Below are positions 29,055 to 39,510 of a stretch of 64,000 nucleotides of DNA, piece by piece. The notes beneath the pieces were generated by a model. The model was not told where the DNA came from, searched no databases, and saw only the letters and a list, made by a program, of their open reading frames with translations. Numbering within the stretch: position 1 is the stretch's first letter; every line of letters starts with the position of its first letter. Made by a program: the position numbers and the translations under genes. The stretch is from the NCBI GenBank assembly GCA_963803705.1, contig CAWDNU010000003.1, forward strand, positions 288,001-352,000. The letters run 5' to 3'. Source of the DNA: an uncultured Pseudobdellovibrionaceae bacterium (GTDB lineage Bacteria > Bdellovibrionota > Bdellovibrionia > Bdellovibrionales > UBA1609).

Positions 29055-31184
29055 CTATTTGTCCGCCAGAATTATCTTAAGCAGATGACTTGCGGCTAAA
29101 GCGTCATCAAGTGCCCTATGGTGATTCTTTAGTTCGATGTCAAAGTAATTAGATAGGTTTTTTAAACCATACGATGTCAGTCCTTTTTTCTTTCTACGCA
29201 TCTCTGCACAAGTGCATAGTTTTTCTGCTCTGTAAAATAGTCCAACTCTTTTAAATTCAGATTGGATAAAGCTGTAATCAAAATTTACATTGTGCGCGAC
29301 AAAGATAGAATTTCCGCAAAATTCCTTAAACTCTTCTGCAATCTCACAAAACCTGGGCGCAGCAGACACCATCTGATTTGTAATACCTGTAAGTCTGGTT
29401 ATATTCTTAGGTATTAAAGCTTCTGGGTTAATTAAACTTTGGAACCTGCCAATTTCAACTCCACCTTTTATTTTAACTGCGCCGATCTCAGTGACACGAC
29501 TTTTATTGGCACTGCCACCAGTGGTTTCAACATCGATAACGACAAAAGTTTTCTGTACGCTTGGTTGCCAAACTGTTCTGATGAATTTAGCTTCAAACCT
29601 TGCTTCATTAAGGACCCTAATTTGTCTAAACTGCTTGTCTGATATCACATCACCCTCTGCTTTTACCTCTACGAAAATGACCTTATTGTTTTTAATATAG
29701 TATAGGTCCGGGTATCCACTTTTATTGTCGCTAAAGTTCATAGCCATATTTCTAAGTATTCGTCCTGGGTCAGCGTTTGTGCTAGCTTTAAGAAAATTTA
29801 TCAGTAGCTCGGCAGTAGAGAGGTGCCACTTAAAGACACCATTTTTAAATCCGTAGTTAGAACAAATAGTTTCTAGTATAAGGTGTTTTACTTTTTTAAA
29901 ATCTTTAAGGAGATCTATCTTTGATTCAATTTTAATTTGGCTTTGCTGGTAAAAAGTGTTTTTGATAAGACTTTCTGGCAGAAGGTCAAAATCACTGTGA
30001 AAAACCGTGTTAGAGCTAGAAAATAGCTCGTCCCAAAATAAAATACCAAATAAAGACGTCCATAAAAAGTTTTCGGACCTGTAAGCTTTGTAATTCAGCT
30101 TGGTGAAGTAGTTCTTCAAAGCTTTTTCCGGATTACTTTTAGAATCAATAACTATCGTTTCTGAACTCAGCAGCTTCTTCGTTTTAATAGATCTCTTGGC
30201 ACCACTAAATTTTAAATCTAAAAAGTTTTCTGCAACTAAAAGATGGTCTAAGCTTCTAGGTTTATCCAATTCTACGACAGCCAAATTATTTGCCTTATTT
30301 CTTTCAATCTTGTAGGTTTCGTTTAATAGTTTTTTAAAAATTTCGGAACTAAATCCCATAGATAACCAAGAAATTTTTTTATGCGCACCCATCGAGATTT
30401 GGTTGGACTTTAAAACTGATAAAATTAATTTATCCAGATCTAATTTATTTTCATCAGTTAAACTTGATTTTTCAATCAGATCAATAACTTCTTGGCATTT
30501 CAAATTCGCAGGTCTTTCAATCAAATCGACTTTTCTTAACTTTTTAAGTGTATAAGTCAGCTGGGCCTCTTCAATGTCCTTAAATCTCACAGAATGATCG
30601 GCTTTAAACTTATTTTTAGACCTCAAGCCTAAGTCACTTAAAGTTTGAATATTAAGATTTGTTTCATATCGACCGTAATACAAAAAGATAAAGTAATTTA
30701 AAATCTGTCTATCTATTGAAAAGTAATTATCTAAATCTTCAATATGCTGAAATTTTAAGGTTTGCTTAGCTGCTTCTAAAACCTCCGGTTTGGTCTTAGC
30801 TTGTAATAGTCTAGTAGTTGGCAATGGTAATTTTAAATATCTGAGCAGCTCGTTTTTAGTCAACGAATCAACAAATTTATCAAAGCTAAAAAAATCAATT
30901 TCTTTAATAAGATTTTGTTCTAGTAAAAACTTAGCAGATTTATTAGGATTTTTAATTTCATCATAAGAAATTTTTCTTAAACTAAATATATGCCCAGATC
31001 TATTAATCAGTCTTATAAAAAATTTTTTATCGTCAGTCTGTAAATCACTAATTTTGTCTAAAAAAAATTTCTGATCTAGAGAAATTAAATGCAAGCATTC
31101 GTTTCTAATATACTTTATAAAACTATCAAAATGTTTAACATAATAATCAGGTGGTAAGTTTTTAGAATATCTTTGCATTTTCAA
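29055..31184 (-). CDS. FAN1-like VRR-NUC nuclease fused to a C-terminal DEDDh 3'-5' exonuclease (Pol III epsilon-like)
   Basis: FAN1-type N-terminus (YYVKHF..FFIRLINR..YDEI), ENFLWTSLFGILFWD, GYPDL..VEVKAEGD; then VIDVETTG, FVAHNVNFD, HHRALDDA. Confidence 0.87.
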   Translation of the reverse strand: MKMQRYSKNLPPDYYVKHFDSFIKYIRNECLHLISLDQKFFLDKISDLQTDDKKFFIRLINRSGHIFSLRKISYDEIKNPNKSAKFLLEQNLIKEIDFFSFDKFVDSLTKNELLRYLKLPLPTTRLLQAKTKPEVLEAAKQTLKFQHIEDLDNYFSIDRQILNYFIFLYYGRYETNLNIQTLSDLGLRSKNKFKADHSVRFKDIEEAQLTYTLKKLRKVDLIERPANLKCQEVIDLIEKSSLTDENKLDLDKLILSVLKSNQISMGAHKKISWLSMGFSSEIFKKLLNETYKIERNKANNLAVVELDKPRSLDHLLVAENFLDLKFSGAKRSIKTKKLLSSETIVIDSKSNPEKALKNYFTKLNYKAYRSENFLWTSLFGILFWDELFSSSNTVFHSDFDLLPESLIKNTFYQQSQIKIESKIDLLKDFKKVKHLILETICSNYGFKNGVFKWHLSTAELLINFLKASTNADPGRILRNMAMNFSDNKSGYPDLYYIKNNKVIFVEVKAEGDVISDKQFRQIRVLNEARFEAKFIRTVWQPSVQKTFVVIDVETTGGSANKSRVTEIGAVKIKGGVEIGRFQSLINPEALIPKNITRLTGITNQMVSAAPRFCEIAEEFKEFCGNSIFVAHNVNFDYSFIQSEFKRVGLFYRAEKLCTCAEMRRKKKGLTSYGLKNLSNYFDIELKNHHRALDDALAASHLLKIILADK

Positions 31185-31202
31185 ATTTCCATTCTAATCA
31201 AA

Positions 31203-31272
31203 TTGACAGCAAGTCTAGAAAAGCTCATAAAGACTTACATATAACTTACATATTTAAACACCAATCTGTCAA
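31203..31272. promoter_or_regulatory. Overlapping divergent promoters with a direct-repeat operator candidate
   Basis: TTGACA on + (31203-31208) and on - (31267-31272) flank two copies of ACTTACATAT (31233-31242, 31244-31253). Confidence 0.5.
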
Positions 31273-31304
31273 ATATGATATTATTGATTTTAAGGAGCTA
31301 AAAT

Positions 31305-31916
31305 TTGGGTCATGCACAAAATACTAATTTAAAAACCTTTAAATCTACTGAGCAGCTTCAGAGCCTAAGGCCTTTGAAATTTAATTCTGGTTTCACTAAA
31401 CTGGATAAGTACTTAGAACTATTGGATTTTCAATCTTCTACAGTTGAATTTGGTGCACCTTATGGTGCTTTCAGTAGGATAATTCCAAGTCTTTTTATTA
31501 AAGCATTTGATAGAAATACTTTATGGATTTCACAAAATACTGATTCTGATTTTTATCCCAAATTTTTCGGTAGCTTGGGCATTAAAATTAAAAGTTTATA
31601 CTTCACTAACGAACTTAAGTGTTCGAACACCATTAAAACTGCTGTTTTAGAAAACGCTTTTAATCTAATAGTTATCGATACGAAAGAGTTTCTATCTAAG
31701 TCTGATCTAAACTTCCTATTTAGCAATTCTAGAAAAAACAAAAGCACTTATTTGCTTTTAAGGCCTTATTATTTATCAAACCTAAATGGTAACCCATTTG
31801 CTAAATTTAGGTTTAATTCTTTTTTTTCGCTAAAATCTAATGAAATTACTTTTAAAACTATTAAAGGGGGACCAAAGACTAATCTGAATTTTAATATTAA
31901 CGAGTTGTACGAATGA
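31305..31916 (+). CDS. imuA: ImuA-like degenerate RecA-fold protein
   Basis: SGFTKLDKYL, VEFGAPYG (degenerate P-loop), LWI, LIVID; first gene of the operon ending in dnaE2. Confidence 0.65.
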   Translation: MGHAQNTNLKTFKSTEQLQSLRPLKFNSGFTKLDKYLELLDFQSSTVEFGAPYGAFSRIIPSLFIKAFDRNTLWISQNTDSDFYPKFFGSLGIKIKSLYFTNELKCSNTIKTAVLENAFNLIVIDTKEFLSKSDLNFLFSNSRKNKSTYLLLRPYYLSNLNGNPFAKFRFNSFFSLKSNEITFKTIKGGPKTNLNFNINELYE

Positions 31917-33391
31917 ATAACGTAATATCATTATTTAACTACAATAGATTAACGTGTAGCGAATTCCCCTTTGTTGTATTTAGAACCACTAACACAGATA
32001 AAGTTTTTTCGTTATCACCAGACCTAATGTCTGTCGGTAATAATATTTTTATTTCAGATTTAAACTTCATGCATAGTTATTTTGAAAGTCTGTCTAAAAT
32101 AAAAAAAAAACCAAAAAATGACATTATTACTAATATTTTAATGAAAATTATAGAGGTCGATCTTGCAGTTTTATGTCATCACCCTTTCCAGGGGTTATTA
32201 CTGCTCAAAAATTTTGAAGATACACATACTAAAGGAATTTTTGAGGTCGATAGTCTTTTTGTGAAAAACTCATATAAAAATATCAGTTTTAAATCCTGGG
32301 TTTATTGCTGCAAAATTTTGAATCAACTTTTTGAAAAAGAAAGAATTTTCATTAAAGAAAGAAAAAATTTTTCTATGCAAATAAATCAATTTGAAAGGCT
32401 AATTAAAAGAATTAAGGTAAAATCATTTGGGGAACTTAGGTCTGTTAACTTTTATGAAATACAAAGAAGATATAAAGCTTTTATTGGAATGACTTGGAGA
32501 TGGACATTTCCTGACACAAAAAAAGATAAAAACTTAGATTTTTTTTCAAATTGCATTTATGGAAATCTTGAAGGATTTCCTTGGATAGATTTTAAGATTA
32601 AAGAAAACCCAGAAGTACACAATAATCTTGAATTTTCAGTTTCAACATGGGATCTGGTCAAACCATTATTACTATTTGATTTTAAAAAACTTACAAAATT
32701 TAAGTCCCTGTTAGGCGAAAGCAAAGTGTGTCAGCTTAAATGGAAAGTCGTTTTATACGATATGCAGACTTATGACTTAGAAATAAATTTTAAACATCCA
32801 ATATCTATTCAAGATGAAAATTACAAAGAATTTAAAATTTTACTTAAACAGTTTGAGTTAAGTTTTAACAATTTTAAAGAAATCCTTAAAGAAAAAAATA
32901 AAGAACTTCAATTTATAAATATCAATTTAATTGCAAGCTGGAGTATCGAAGTCTCAAAAACAATAAATCCCTGTAGTGAAACAATCGATATGTTTTCCAT
33001 AACTAAAAGATCTAGCAATGAAAAAATTAAAATAATTGATTTTGATAATAAAGTTGATGTAAATCTAAATGTTAATAAAACTATATCCTCAAATATATAT
33101 GGTTTAGATTATTTAAGTGAATCTATTGGCATAGAAGATCGCAGCTTCAATACATTAGATGAAAGCAAATCTATTTATCCTATTTTTATTTATTTAAAAC
33201 CTATTAAATTTGACGAAAGCCTAATTAAATTAAAAAGATTTTTAGAAAGATCTTCTACCAACTGGTGGGAGCTTAATGATTCTATGGATTCAATTAGGGA
33301 CTATTATATATGTGAAACAGAAGAGTTTGGATTAATTTGGGCTTTTCGAAACTATAAGGGAATTTGGTTTAAACATGGCTTATTCTCTTAA
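31913..33391 (+). CDS. imuB: Highly divergent ImuB-like mutasome scaffold
   Basis: C-terminal ERSSTNWW..RDYY..GLIWAF..WFKHGLFS matches the ImuB tail; overlaps imuA and dnaE2; N-terminal part barely recognisable. Confidence 0.6.
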   Translation: MNNVISLFNYNRLTCSEFPFVVFRTTNTDKVFSLSPDLMSVGNNIFISDLNFMHSYFESLSKIKKKPKNDIITNILMKIIEVDLAVLCHHPFQGLLLLKNFEDTHTKGIFEVDSLFVKNSYKNISFKSWVYCCKILNQLFEKERIFIKERKNFSMQINQFERLIKRIKVKSFGELRSVNFYEIQRRYKAFIGMTWRWTFPDTKKDKNLDFFSNCIYGNLEGFPWIDFKIKENPEVHNNLEFSVSTWDLVKPLLLFDFKKLTKFKSLLGESKVCQLKWKVVLYDMQTYDLEINFKHPISIQDENYKEFKILLKQFELSFNNFKEILKEKNKELQFININLIASWSIEVSKTINPCSETIDMFSITKRSSNEKIKIIDFDNKVDVNLNVNKTISSNIYGLDYLSESIGIEDRSFNTLDESKSIYPIFIYLKPIKFDESLIKLKRFLERSSTNWWELNDSMDSIRDYYICETEEFGLIWAFRNYKGIWFKHGLFS

Positions 33392-36300
33392 AAATTTTAA
33401 ATATCATGAATATATATCTAAAACTAATTTTAGTTTTCTCATCGGCGCTTCACATCCGTCTGAAATTGTAACTAGATCAGCGCTTTACGGTTACTCGTCA
33501 ATCTCCATCAATGATTTTGATGGAGTTTACGGAATTGCTAGAGCTTATAATGACAAAAAGCATTTGTTGAAATCCAATAATATTAAAATAGATTTAAATT
33601 ACGGCGCTGAAATTCACCTAGCTAAAAACCATAATCTTCCAATTTTAAAGCAAAATTCTATAGTATTAAATGTAAAAAGCTTAGAGGGTTACAAAAACTT
33701 ATGTAAAATATTAAGCTTTTCACATTTAGAATCTAAAGACGAAGCATTTATAACTCTCCATGAATTATCAAATTTTTCTTTGAAAGGCATTTTTGCAGTG
33801 GTCCCCATGCGTGGTGCCTTAAGTGAATTTAACAAAAAAAAATCAGACTTAATTTTTTTAAAATCATTATTTGGTAAAAATTTATATTTGGCAGTCACTA
33901 AAACTTTCAATAACGCAGATGATTCAAAAATATTAATTTCTAATAATTTATCTAAAGAATTTGAAATAGATCAAATAATTTCACAAGATGCTTTTTATTC
34001 AAATAGAAGAGAAAAAAGTTTTCATGATTTAATAACTGCGATAAAGCACAATCTGACCGTAAGTGAAGCTTTAGCATACTATTTTCCTAACGGCGAAAGA
34101 TCGCTACACACGCTTAAAGAAATATACAAAGCCTATAAATCGTTTAAGAACTTTGACAAAATGATTTTTTTATCTGAAGAATTAAATGAAAAATCCAGTT
34201 TCTGTTTATCTGAACTAAAGTACAATTACCCCAAAGAAATGATTCCAATTGGATTCACCGCCCAGCAGTATTTAGAAAAAGTCACTTGGGATGGTGCAAA
34301 GAAAGTTTATAAGTCATCAATTCCAGAAAAAATAGTTCATAATATATCTCGAGAGTTAGATCTGATAGAAGATTTAAATTTTGCAGACTATTTTTTGACT
34401 GTTTGGGATATTGTATCTTGGGCAAGGTCGAAAAAAATTCTTTGCCAGGGCAGGGGTTCTGCAGCTAACTCTGCAGTTTGTTTTTCTTTAGGCATTACAT
34501 CTTGCGACCCATCTTTATTTGATCTTCTATTTGAAAGATTTATTAGTAAAGAGAGAGGAGATCCTCCTGATATCGACATCGATTTTGAACATGAAAGAAG
34601 AGAAGAGGTTATCCAGTATATTTACAAACGTTACGGTAGAAATAAAGCAGCCATGGTTGCAAACATTATAACCTTTAGATCCAAAGGGGCGACGAGAGCA
34701 GTGGGAAAAGCCTTAGGACTTGATGAAAAAACTTTAAAATTAACATCAAACCTAATGGGCACAGTACTACACAGAAAAGACGATATTAATGTTGTTTTAA
34801 ATGAAATCCACAAAGTGTTAAAATCAGTAGTGCCAGATAATTTTCCTTGGAATTTTTGGTCAGAATTTTCTACAAAGTTGAAAGGCTACCCAAGACATAT
34901 GGGCTTACATTCCGGGGGCTTTATTATTTCGCAAAACCCTATTGATGAACTAGTTCCACAAGAGCCAGCATCAATGGATGGCCGGACTATTATACAATGG
35001 GCTAAAGATGATATAGAGGAGCTAGGTTTTTTTAAAATTGATATACTAGCATTAGGAATGCTTACAGCCGTTAGAAAATGCTTTGAGTATGTAAACCAAA
35101 GTTTCGATAAAAATTTAAGCCTGTACGATCTGCCTCAGGATGACGGCCCAACATATTCAATGATTCAAAAGGCTAATACTGTCGGAGTTTTTCAAATTGA
35201 GTCTAGAGCACAAATGTCAATGCTACCAAGGTTAAAACCTAAAAATTTCTATGACTTGGTTATTGAAATTGCTTTAATAAGACCAGGACCTATTCAAGGC
35301 AACGCTATTCATCCCTACTTAAAAAGAAGAGACGGGCTTGTGCCTATTGATTATCCCCACGAAAAAACGAAATCTATACTTACTAAAACGTTGGGAATAA
35401 TTATTTTTCAAGAGCAGCTTATGCGAATTGCAATTGAATTAGGAAATTTTACACCAGGTGAAGCAAATGAATTAAGAAAACAAGTTGGGACATGGAACTC
35501 TAAAACCTTTTCTAGAAACCTGACACCATATATCTCTAAACTTTTAGATGGTCTTAAGAAAAATGGAGTCACTAAGCAGTTTATGGTCCAAATGGTTGAT
35601 CAAATGAAAGGTTTTGCCCACTATGGTTTTCCCGAATCACATGCTATTTCTTTTGCTCATATCGCGTACGCAAGTTGCTACTTGAAATGTCACTATCCAT
35701 CTGCATTTTACACTTCAGTTTTAAACTCTCAGCCCATGGGCTTTTATTCACCTCATGATTTACTTCAAACAGCTAAGCAAGAGGGTGTTAAGATCCTACC
35801 TATTTCAGTAAATGATTCTGATTGGGATCATAAGCTGGAGCTTTTAGACCAAAAAAAAGGCAGACCTAAAGTTTATGGTATAAGACTTGGCTTTAGAATA
35901 GTGACTTCTCTTTCACATACGGCTGTAAAAGTTATAGAAAATTTCAGAAAAACAGAGGGTAAGTGGAAAAGTTTTGATAATTTTATCAATACAGTTCGTA
36001 TAAATAGGGACGACTATTCATCTATTGCAGCGGCTAACGGATTTAAATGTTTTGGTCTTGATCGTATTGATGCAATTTGGAGGGCAGAAGCTGTTCCATT
36101 TAAACCAATGATTGATGTTTCATTTGAAGCGTTAAATATAAGAAAAAAAACCGAAATAGAACATGCTCAAATGGATTTAAATTCTACAGGGACTACATTG
36201 GGTGTACATCCAGTTGAACTTATAAAAACTAAAAGTTGGATGTATAAAATTTCAGTTCAAAGTATTGTCACATCTAAAGAGCTAAAATCTTTATCTAATT

Positions 36301-36653
36301 TTAGATACGAAAATAATCCAAAAAAAATTAGAAATGGAAATTTAATCAATGTATTTGGTCTAGTTAGGATTAAACAAGCTCCTGCGACGGCTAAAGGTAT
36401 GGTTTTTATAACTATTCAGGATGAAACGGGTTTTATTAATATTGCGTTTACTCCGCAAGTGTATAAAAAGTTTTATAAGTTAGTTGAAACCTCTGGCTTT
36501 CTGTGTGTAAAAGGTAAGCTTCAAAATGTCATGGAAAGCCATTCAATATTGGTCAGCGAAGTTTATCTAATTGATAATCAAAGTATAATTAGACGAAATA
36601 GCAAAATTTCTAAACCAGAATCTTTGTCTTTAAAACCCAGAGGATATTATTAA
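33375..36653 (+). CDS. dnaE2: Error-prone DNA polymerase DnaE2
   Basis: TNFSFLIGASHPSE, CQGRGSAANSAVC, PPDIDIDFEHERREEVIQY, FQIESRAQMSMLPRLKP, YGFPESHA, LNSQPMGFY, PATAKGMVF. Confidence 0.96.
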   Translation: MAYSLKNFKYHEYISKTNFSFLIGASHPSEIVTRSALYGYSSISINDFDGVYGIARAYNDKKHLLKSNNIKIDLNYGAEIHLAKNHNLPILKQNSIVLNVKSLEGYKNLCKILSFSHLESKDEAFITLHELSNFSLKGIFAVVPMRGALSEFNKKKSDLIFLKSLFGKNLYLAVTKTFNNADDSKILISNNLSKEFEIDQIISQDAFYSNRREKSFHDLITAIKHNLTVSEALAYYFPNGERSLHTLKEIYKAYKSFKNFDKMIFLSEELNEKSSFCLSELKYNYPKEMIPIGFTAQQYLEKVTWDGAKKVYKSSIPEKIVHNISRELDLIEDLNFADYFLTVWDIVSWARSKKILCQGRGSAANSAVCFSLGITSCDPSLFDLLFERFISKERGDPPDIDIDFEHERREEVIQYIYKRYGRNKAAMVANIITFRSKGATRAVGKALGLDEKTLKLTSNLMGTVLHRKDDINVVLNEIHKVLKSVVPDNFPWNFWSEFSTKLKGYPRHMGLHSGGFIISQNPIDELVPQEPASMDGRTIIQWAKDDIEELGFFKIDILALGMLTAVRKCFEYVNQSFDKNLSLYDLPQDDGPTYSMIQKANTVGVFQIESRAQMSMLPRLKPKNFYDLVIEIALIRPGPIQGNAIHPYLKRRDGLVPIDYPHEKTKSILTKTLGIIIFQEQLMRIAIELGNFTPGEANELRKQVGTWNSKTFSRNLTPYISKLLDGLKKNGVTKQFMVQMVDQMKGFAHYGFPESHAISFAHIAYASCYLKCHYPSAFYTSVLNSQPMGFYSPHDLLQTAKQEGVKILPISVNDSDWDHKLELLDQKKGRPKVYGIRLGFRIVTSLSHTAVKVIENFRKTEGKWKSFDNFINTVRINRDDYSSIAAANGFKCFGLDRIDAIWRAEAVPFKPMIDVSFEALNIRKKTEIEHAQMDLNSTGTTLGVHPVELIKTKSWMYKISVQSIVTSKELKSLSNFRYENNPKKIRNGNLINVFGLVRIKQAPATAKGMVFITIQDETGFINIAFTPQVYKKFYKLVETSGFLCVKGKLQNVMESHSILVSEVYLIDNQSIIRRNSKISKPESLSLKPRGYY

Positions 36654-36990
36654 CAGAGCCTTTCATTCGCAATAACGCAGTTTTTTTATAGATAAGCCCG
36701 TCAATTGTGAAAATCTTTAAACTTAAATCGTTGTTTTTAAAGTTTTAACTTCGACAATTTGTTGTTACATTTGTATTTGATAATAACTACAGTAAGAACA
36801 ACCAAATTGCTTAGGCTGTTGTAAAGAAAATCTTGCTCAAACATCGCTGGGATGGAAAGGGGATCATTTTTTTGGTTGAAGACTTTTTAGAAGATTCAAA
36901 ATATAAATGTCACTGATAAACATGTCCAATCCCCATTAAATTTAGGAATTTAGAATTAAATAAAACAACTTAAAAATAAAAGGAGAAAAT

Positions 36991-37470
36991 ATGGGAAGTC
37001 CAGAACATAAACAAAAAATTTGGGACCTTATATCGGAAATAGGAACTGGTATGTTGGTTACCGACGATGACGGTAGTTTAAGATCTAGGCCCATGCAACT
37101 TATACAAGATGAATATGACGGTACTCTTTGGTTTTTCACCAAAACCGACTCATCGAAAGTCGAAGAGGTGCAAGAAGACCGGGATGTCTGTATTACTTTT
37201 TCCTGTCCTAAAATGAAAGCTTATGTCTCAATGTCAGGTCGAGCACGGATTTCAAGAGACAAAAAGCTGATAGATAAATATTGGAACTCATTCGTTTCGG
37301 CTTGGTTTCCCGAAGGTAAAGAAGACTCTTCATGTGCTTTACTCGAGATAAAAATCGAACATGGGGAACACTGGGACAGCGACACTACAAAGCTTGGATA
37401 TCTCTACGAAGTAGTTAAAGCTAATGTGACAAACACGACACCGGATGTAGGAGAAAATCAAAAGTTCTAG
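36991..37470 (+). CDS. General stress protein 26 / pyridoxamine 5'-phosphate oxidase-like FMN-binding protein
   Basis: GMLVT..LRSRPM, LWFFT, YVSMSG, AWFPEGKED, EHWD; AAGGAG RBS. Confidence 0.88.
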   Translation: MGSPEHKQKIWDLISEIGTGMLVTDDDGSLRSRPMQLIQDEYDGTLWFFTKTDSSKVEEVQEDRDVCITFSCPKMKAYVSMSGRARISRDKKLIDKYWNSFVSAWFPEGKEDSSCALLEIKIEHGEHWDSDTTKLGYLYEVVKANVTNTTPDVGENQKF

Positions 37471-37492
37471 TTAGGAGCAAAAATTAATAATT

Positions 37493-37530
37493 TAAAAAGC
37501 CCGCTAAATAAAAATTTAGCGGGCTTTTTA
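37493..37530. terminator. Bidirectional intrinsic terminator
   Basis: Perfect 17-bp arms TAAAAAGCCCGCTAAAT / ATTTAGCGGGCTTTTTA with AAAA loop, between convergent genes. Confidence 0.9.
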
Positions 37531-37569
37531 ATGTTTAATCGAGGCGCAAACGTATTTGCTTATGGATAA

Positions 37570-38130
37570 CTATTTTTTCTTAGAATTCTTGTCCAAATTA
37601 TCTTTATTAGAAATTTTAGATTCAGACAGGCTTTCTTTTTGGGCTTTCAAATCGCTAAGTTCTCTTTCTACATCAGATATTTTTTGCTTAATATCTTTTT
37701 TATCACCTTTTAAAGATTTGCTCTCATTTTGTAACTTCTCAATCTTAGACTCTGCATCGGCGAATTTTTTACCAAGATCTATATTCTTAGCTAGAGCAGG
37801 TCTAAATTGTATAGGGCAATTCTCGACTTTCATGTCTTTACCTTTAGATGCCATATTGAATCCGTTCTGAGGGGCACAATAATCAGCTATTCCTTGCTCC
37901 CAACCTTCTTTATATTCAGTGATAGGAAAGTCCATACCTTTCTTAGAACAAACCTTTTGAGTTTCCAAAATCTGTTCAGCGGCTAAACCTTTCTTACCAT
38001 CTTCGATACCTTTATTCTTCCAGTTGCTTTCCATACACTGGTTTTTAGATACGCCAGAACAACCTTGAATAAAAGCTCCTAAAAGTACTGCAACAGAAAA
38101 GCTAGATAAAATATTTAATTTCTTAGTCAT
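37570..38130 (-). CDS. DUF2799-like lipoprotein
   Basis: Lipobox IQGC; C..NW..G..DG..G, Y..GW..G...YC...NG pattern; coiled-coil tail. Confidence 0.75.
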   Translation of the reverse strand: MTKKLNILSSFSVAVLLGAFIQGCSGVSKNQCMESNWKNKGIEDGKKGLAAEQILETQKVCSKKGMDFPITEYKEGWEQGIADYCAPQNGFNMASKGKDMKVENCPIQFRPALAKNIDLGKKFADAESKIEKLQNESKSLKGDKKDIKQKISDVERELSDLKAQKESLSESKISNKDNLDKNSKKK

Positions 38131-38238
38131 AATATTCCTTTGTTTAATGATTACACTTCACCTTATATATATTATAAGCAAAACGCATCTTAATAATTAT
38201 TTAAAGTTGTGTAAATATTAGAACAATGCATAAAGCCT

Positions 38239-39510
38239 TTAAGTTTCTGAGTTAGAATCAGAGTTTAGCTCCTTCTGCCAAATCAAATAATTTCTGAAAG
38301 GCAGGATCGCTTTTATATTGTACCCTAAACTGACGTCATGCTTTTCCTCAATCTTCCCCAACTTTGTGAGCTCATAAAGTTTGTGCTCTTTTTCGTGGGG
38401 GATAAAGAACTCAATAGTTTTGCTCATCGAATGGATCTCTGAAACTATTTTATTTTTAAGAGCTTCTATGCCTTCATCCAAATAGGCGCTAACAACGCAA
38501 AACGGACGTTGCTTAATTTTGAATTGGGCAGCTATCGGGGCTATGTCCTTTTTGTTAAAAACGTAAAGCATTGGCTTTCCAGTCCAATTAAAGTCTTCAG
38601 ATAGTTGATCTACAACTTCGATATGTTTTTCAAAGTCAGGGTTAGAAAGGTCAATAACGTGTAAAATAATGTCGGCTTCTGCTGTTTCTTCAAGTGTGGC
38701 TTTGAACGCCTCGATCAAATGCGTCGGCAGTTTTTGAATAAAACCCACAGTATCAGTTAAAATTACATTCGGTGCCTCGTCTAAGTGAAGTTTTCTAGTT
38801 AACGGATCTAAGGTTGCGAACAGTTGATCTTCTATAAACGGTTCTGATTTAGTCAAAGATTTTAAAAGCGAGCTTTTGCCAGCATTAGTGTAGCCGATCA
38901 AAGCGATTTGGATGGCAGATGACCTGCTTCGCCTAAGCTCTTTTCTATGAAGTTTAACTTTATCAAGCTGTTTTTTGATAGAAGATATACGTTCTCTTAT
39001 TCTTCTTCGATCATTTTCAATAGCTTTTTCACCAGGTCCACGAGCACCTATACCAGAGCCCTGCCTAGACAGTGAACCTAGCCAGCCTCCAACCATTCTT
39101 GGTAGTTGGTCCATAAGCTGTGCCAGCTCCACTTGTAGCTTCCCTTCTTTAGTCTGAGCTCGGCTTGCGAAAATATCTAAAATTAGCTGGCTTCGGTCTA
39201 GAACCTTAACATTCATCGCTTTTTCAAGGTTTCTGTTTTGAACCCCAGTAAGCTGGTGATCAATTATGACAATGTCTGCCTCTAAATTTTTGACCAACTC
39301 ACATAGCTCGTTAACCTTACCCTCACCAAGTAAAGTTGCGGGCTGAATTTTCTCAGCGTGTTGGTATACTGACCCCACCAAATCTCCGCCTGCAGATTCG
39401 ATCAGTTGCTCAAGTTCTAGTAAGTTTAGCTTTAGTCTATCCAAAGGCTTATTTTTTAGCTCAAAACCTACCGCAATCACTGATTCTTTTCTTAAATCAG
39501 GCGTTTGCAT
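38239..39510 (-). CDS. hflX: Ribosome-splitting GTPase HflX
   Basis: [48 protein letters not shown]. Confidence 0.96.
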   Translation of the reverse strand: MQTPDLRKESVIAVGFELKNKPLDRLKLNLLELEQLIESAGGDLVGSVYQHAEKIQPATLLGEGKVNELCELVKNLEADIVIIDHQLTGVQNRNLEKAMNVKVLDRSQLILDIFASRAQTKEGKLQVELAQLMDQLPRMVGGWLGSLSRQGSGIGARGPGEKAIENDRRRIRERISSIKKQLDKVKLHRKELRRSRSSAIQIALIGYTNAGKSSLLKSLTKSEPFIEDQLFATLDPLTRKLHLDEAPNVILTDTVGFIQKLPTHLIEAFKATLEETAEADIILHVIDLSNPDFEKHIEVVDQLSEDFNWTGKPMLYVFNKKDIAPIAAQFKIKQRPFCVVSAYLDEGIEALKNKIVSEIHSMSKTIEFFIPHEKEHKLYELTKLGKIEEKHDVSLGYNIKAILPFRNYLIWQKELNSDSNSET

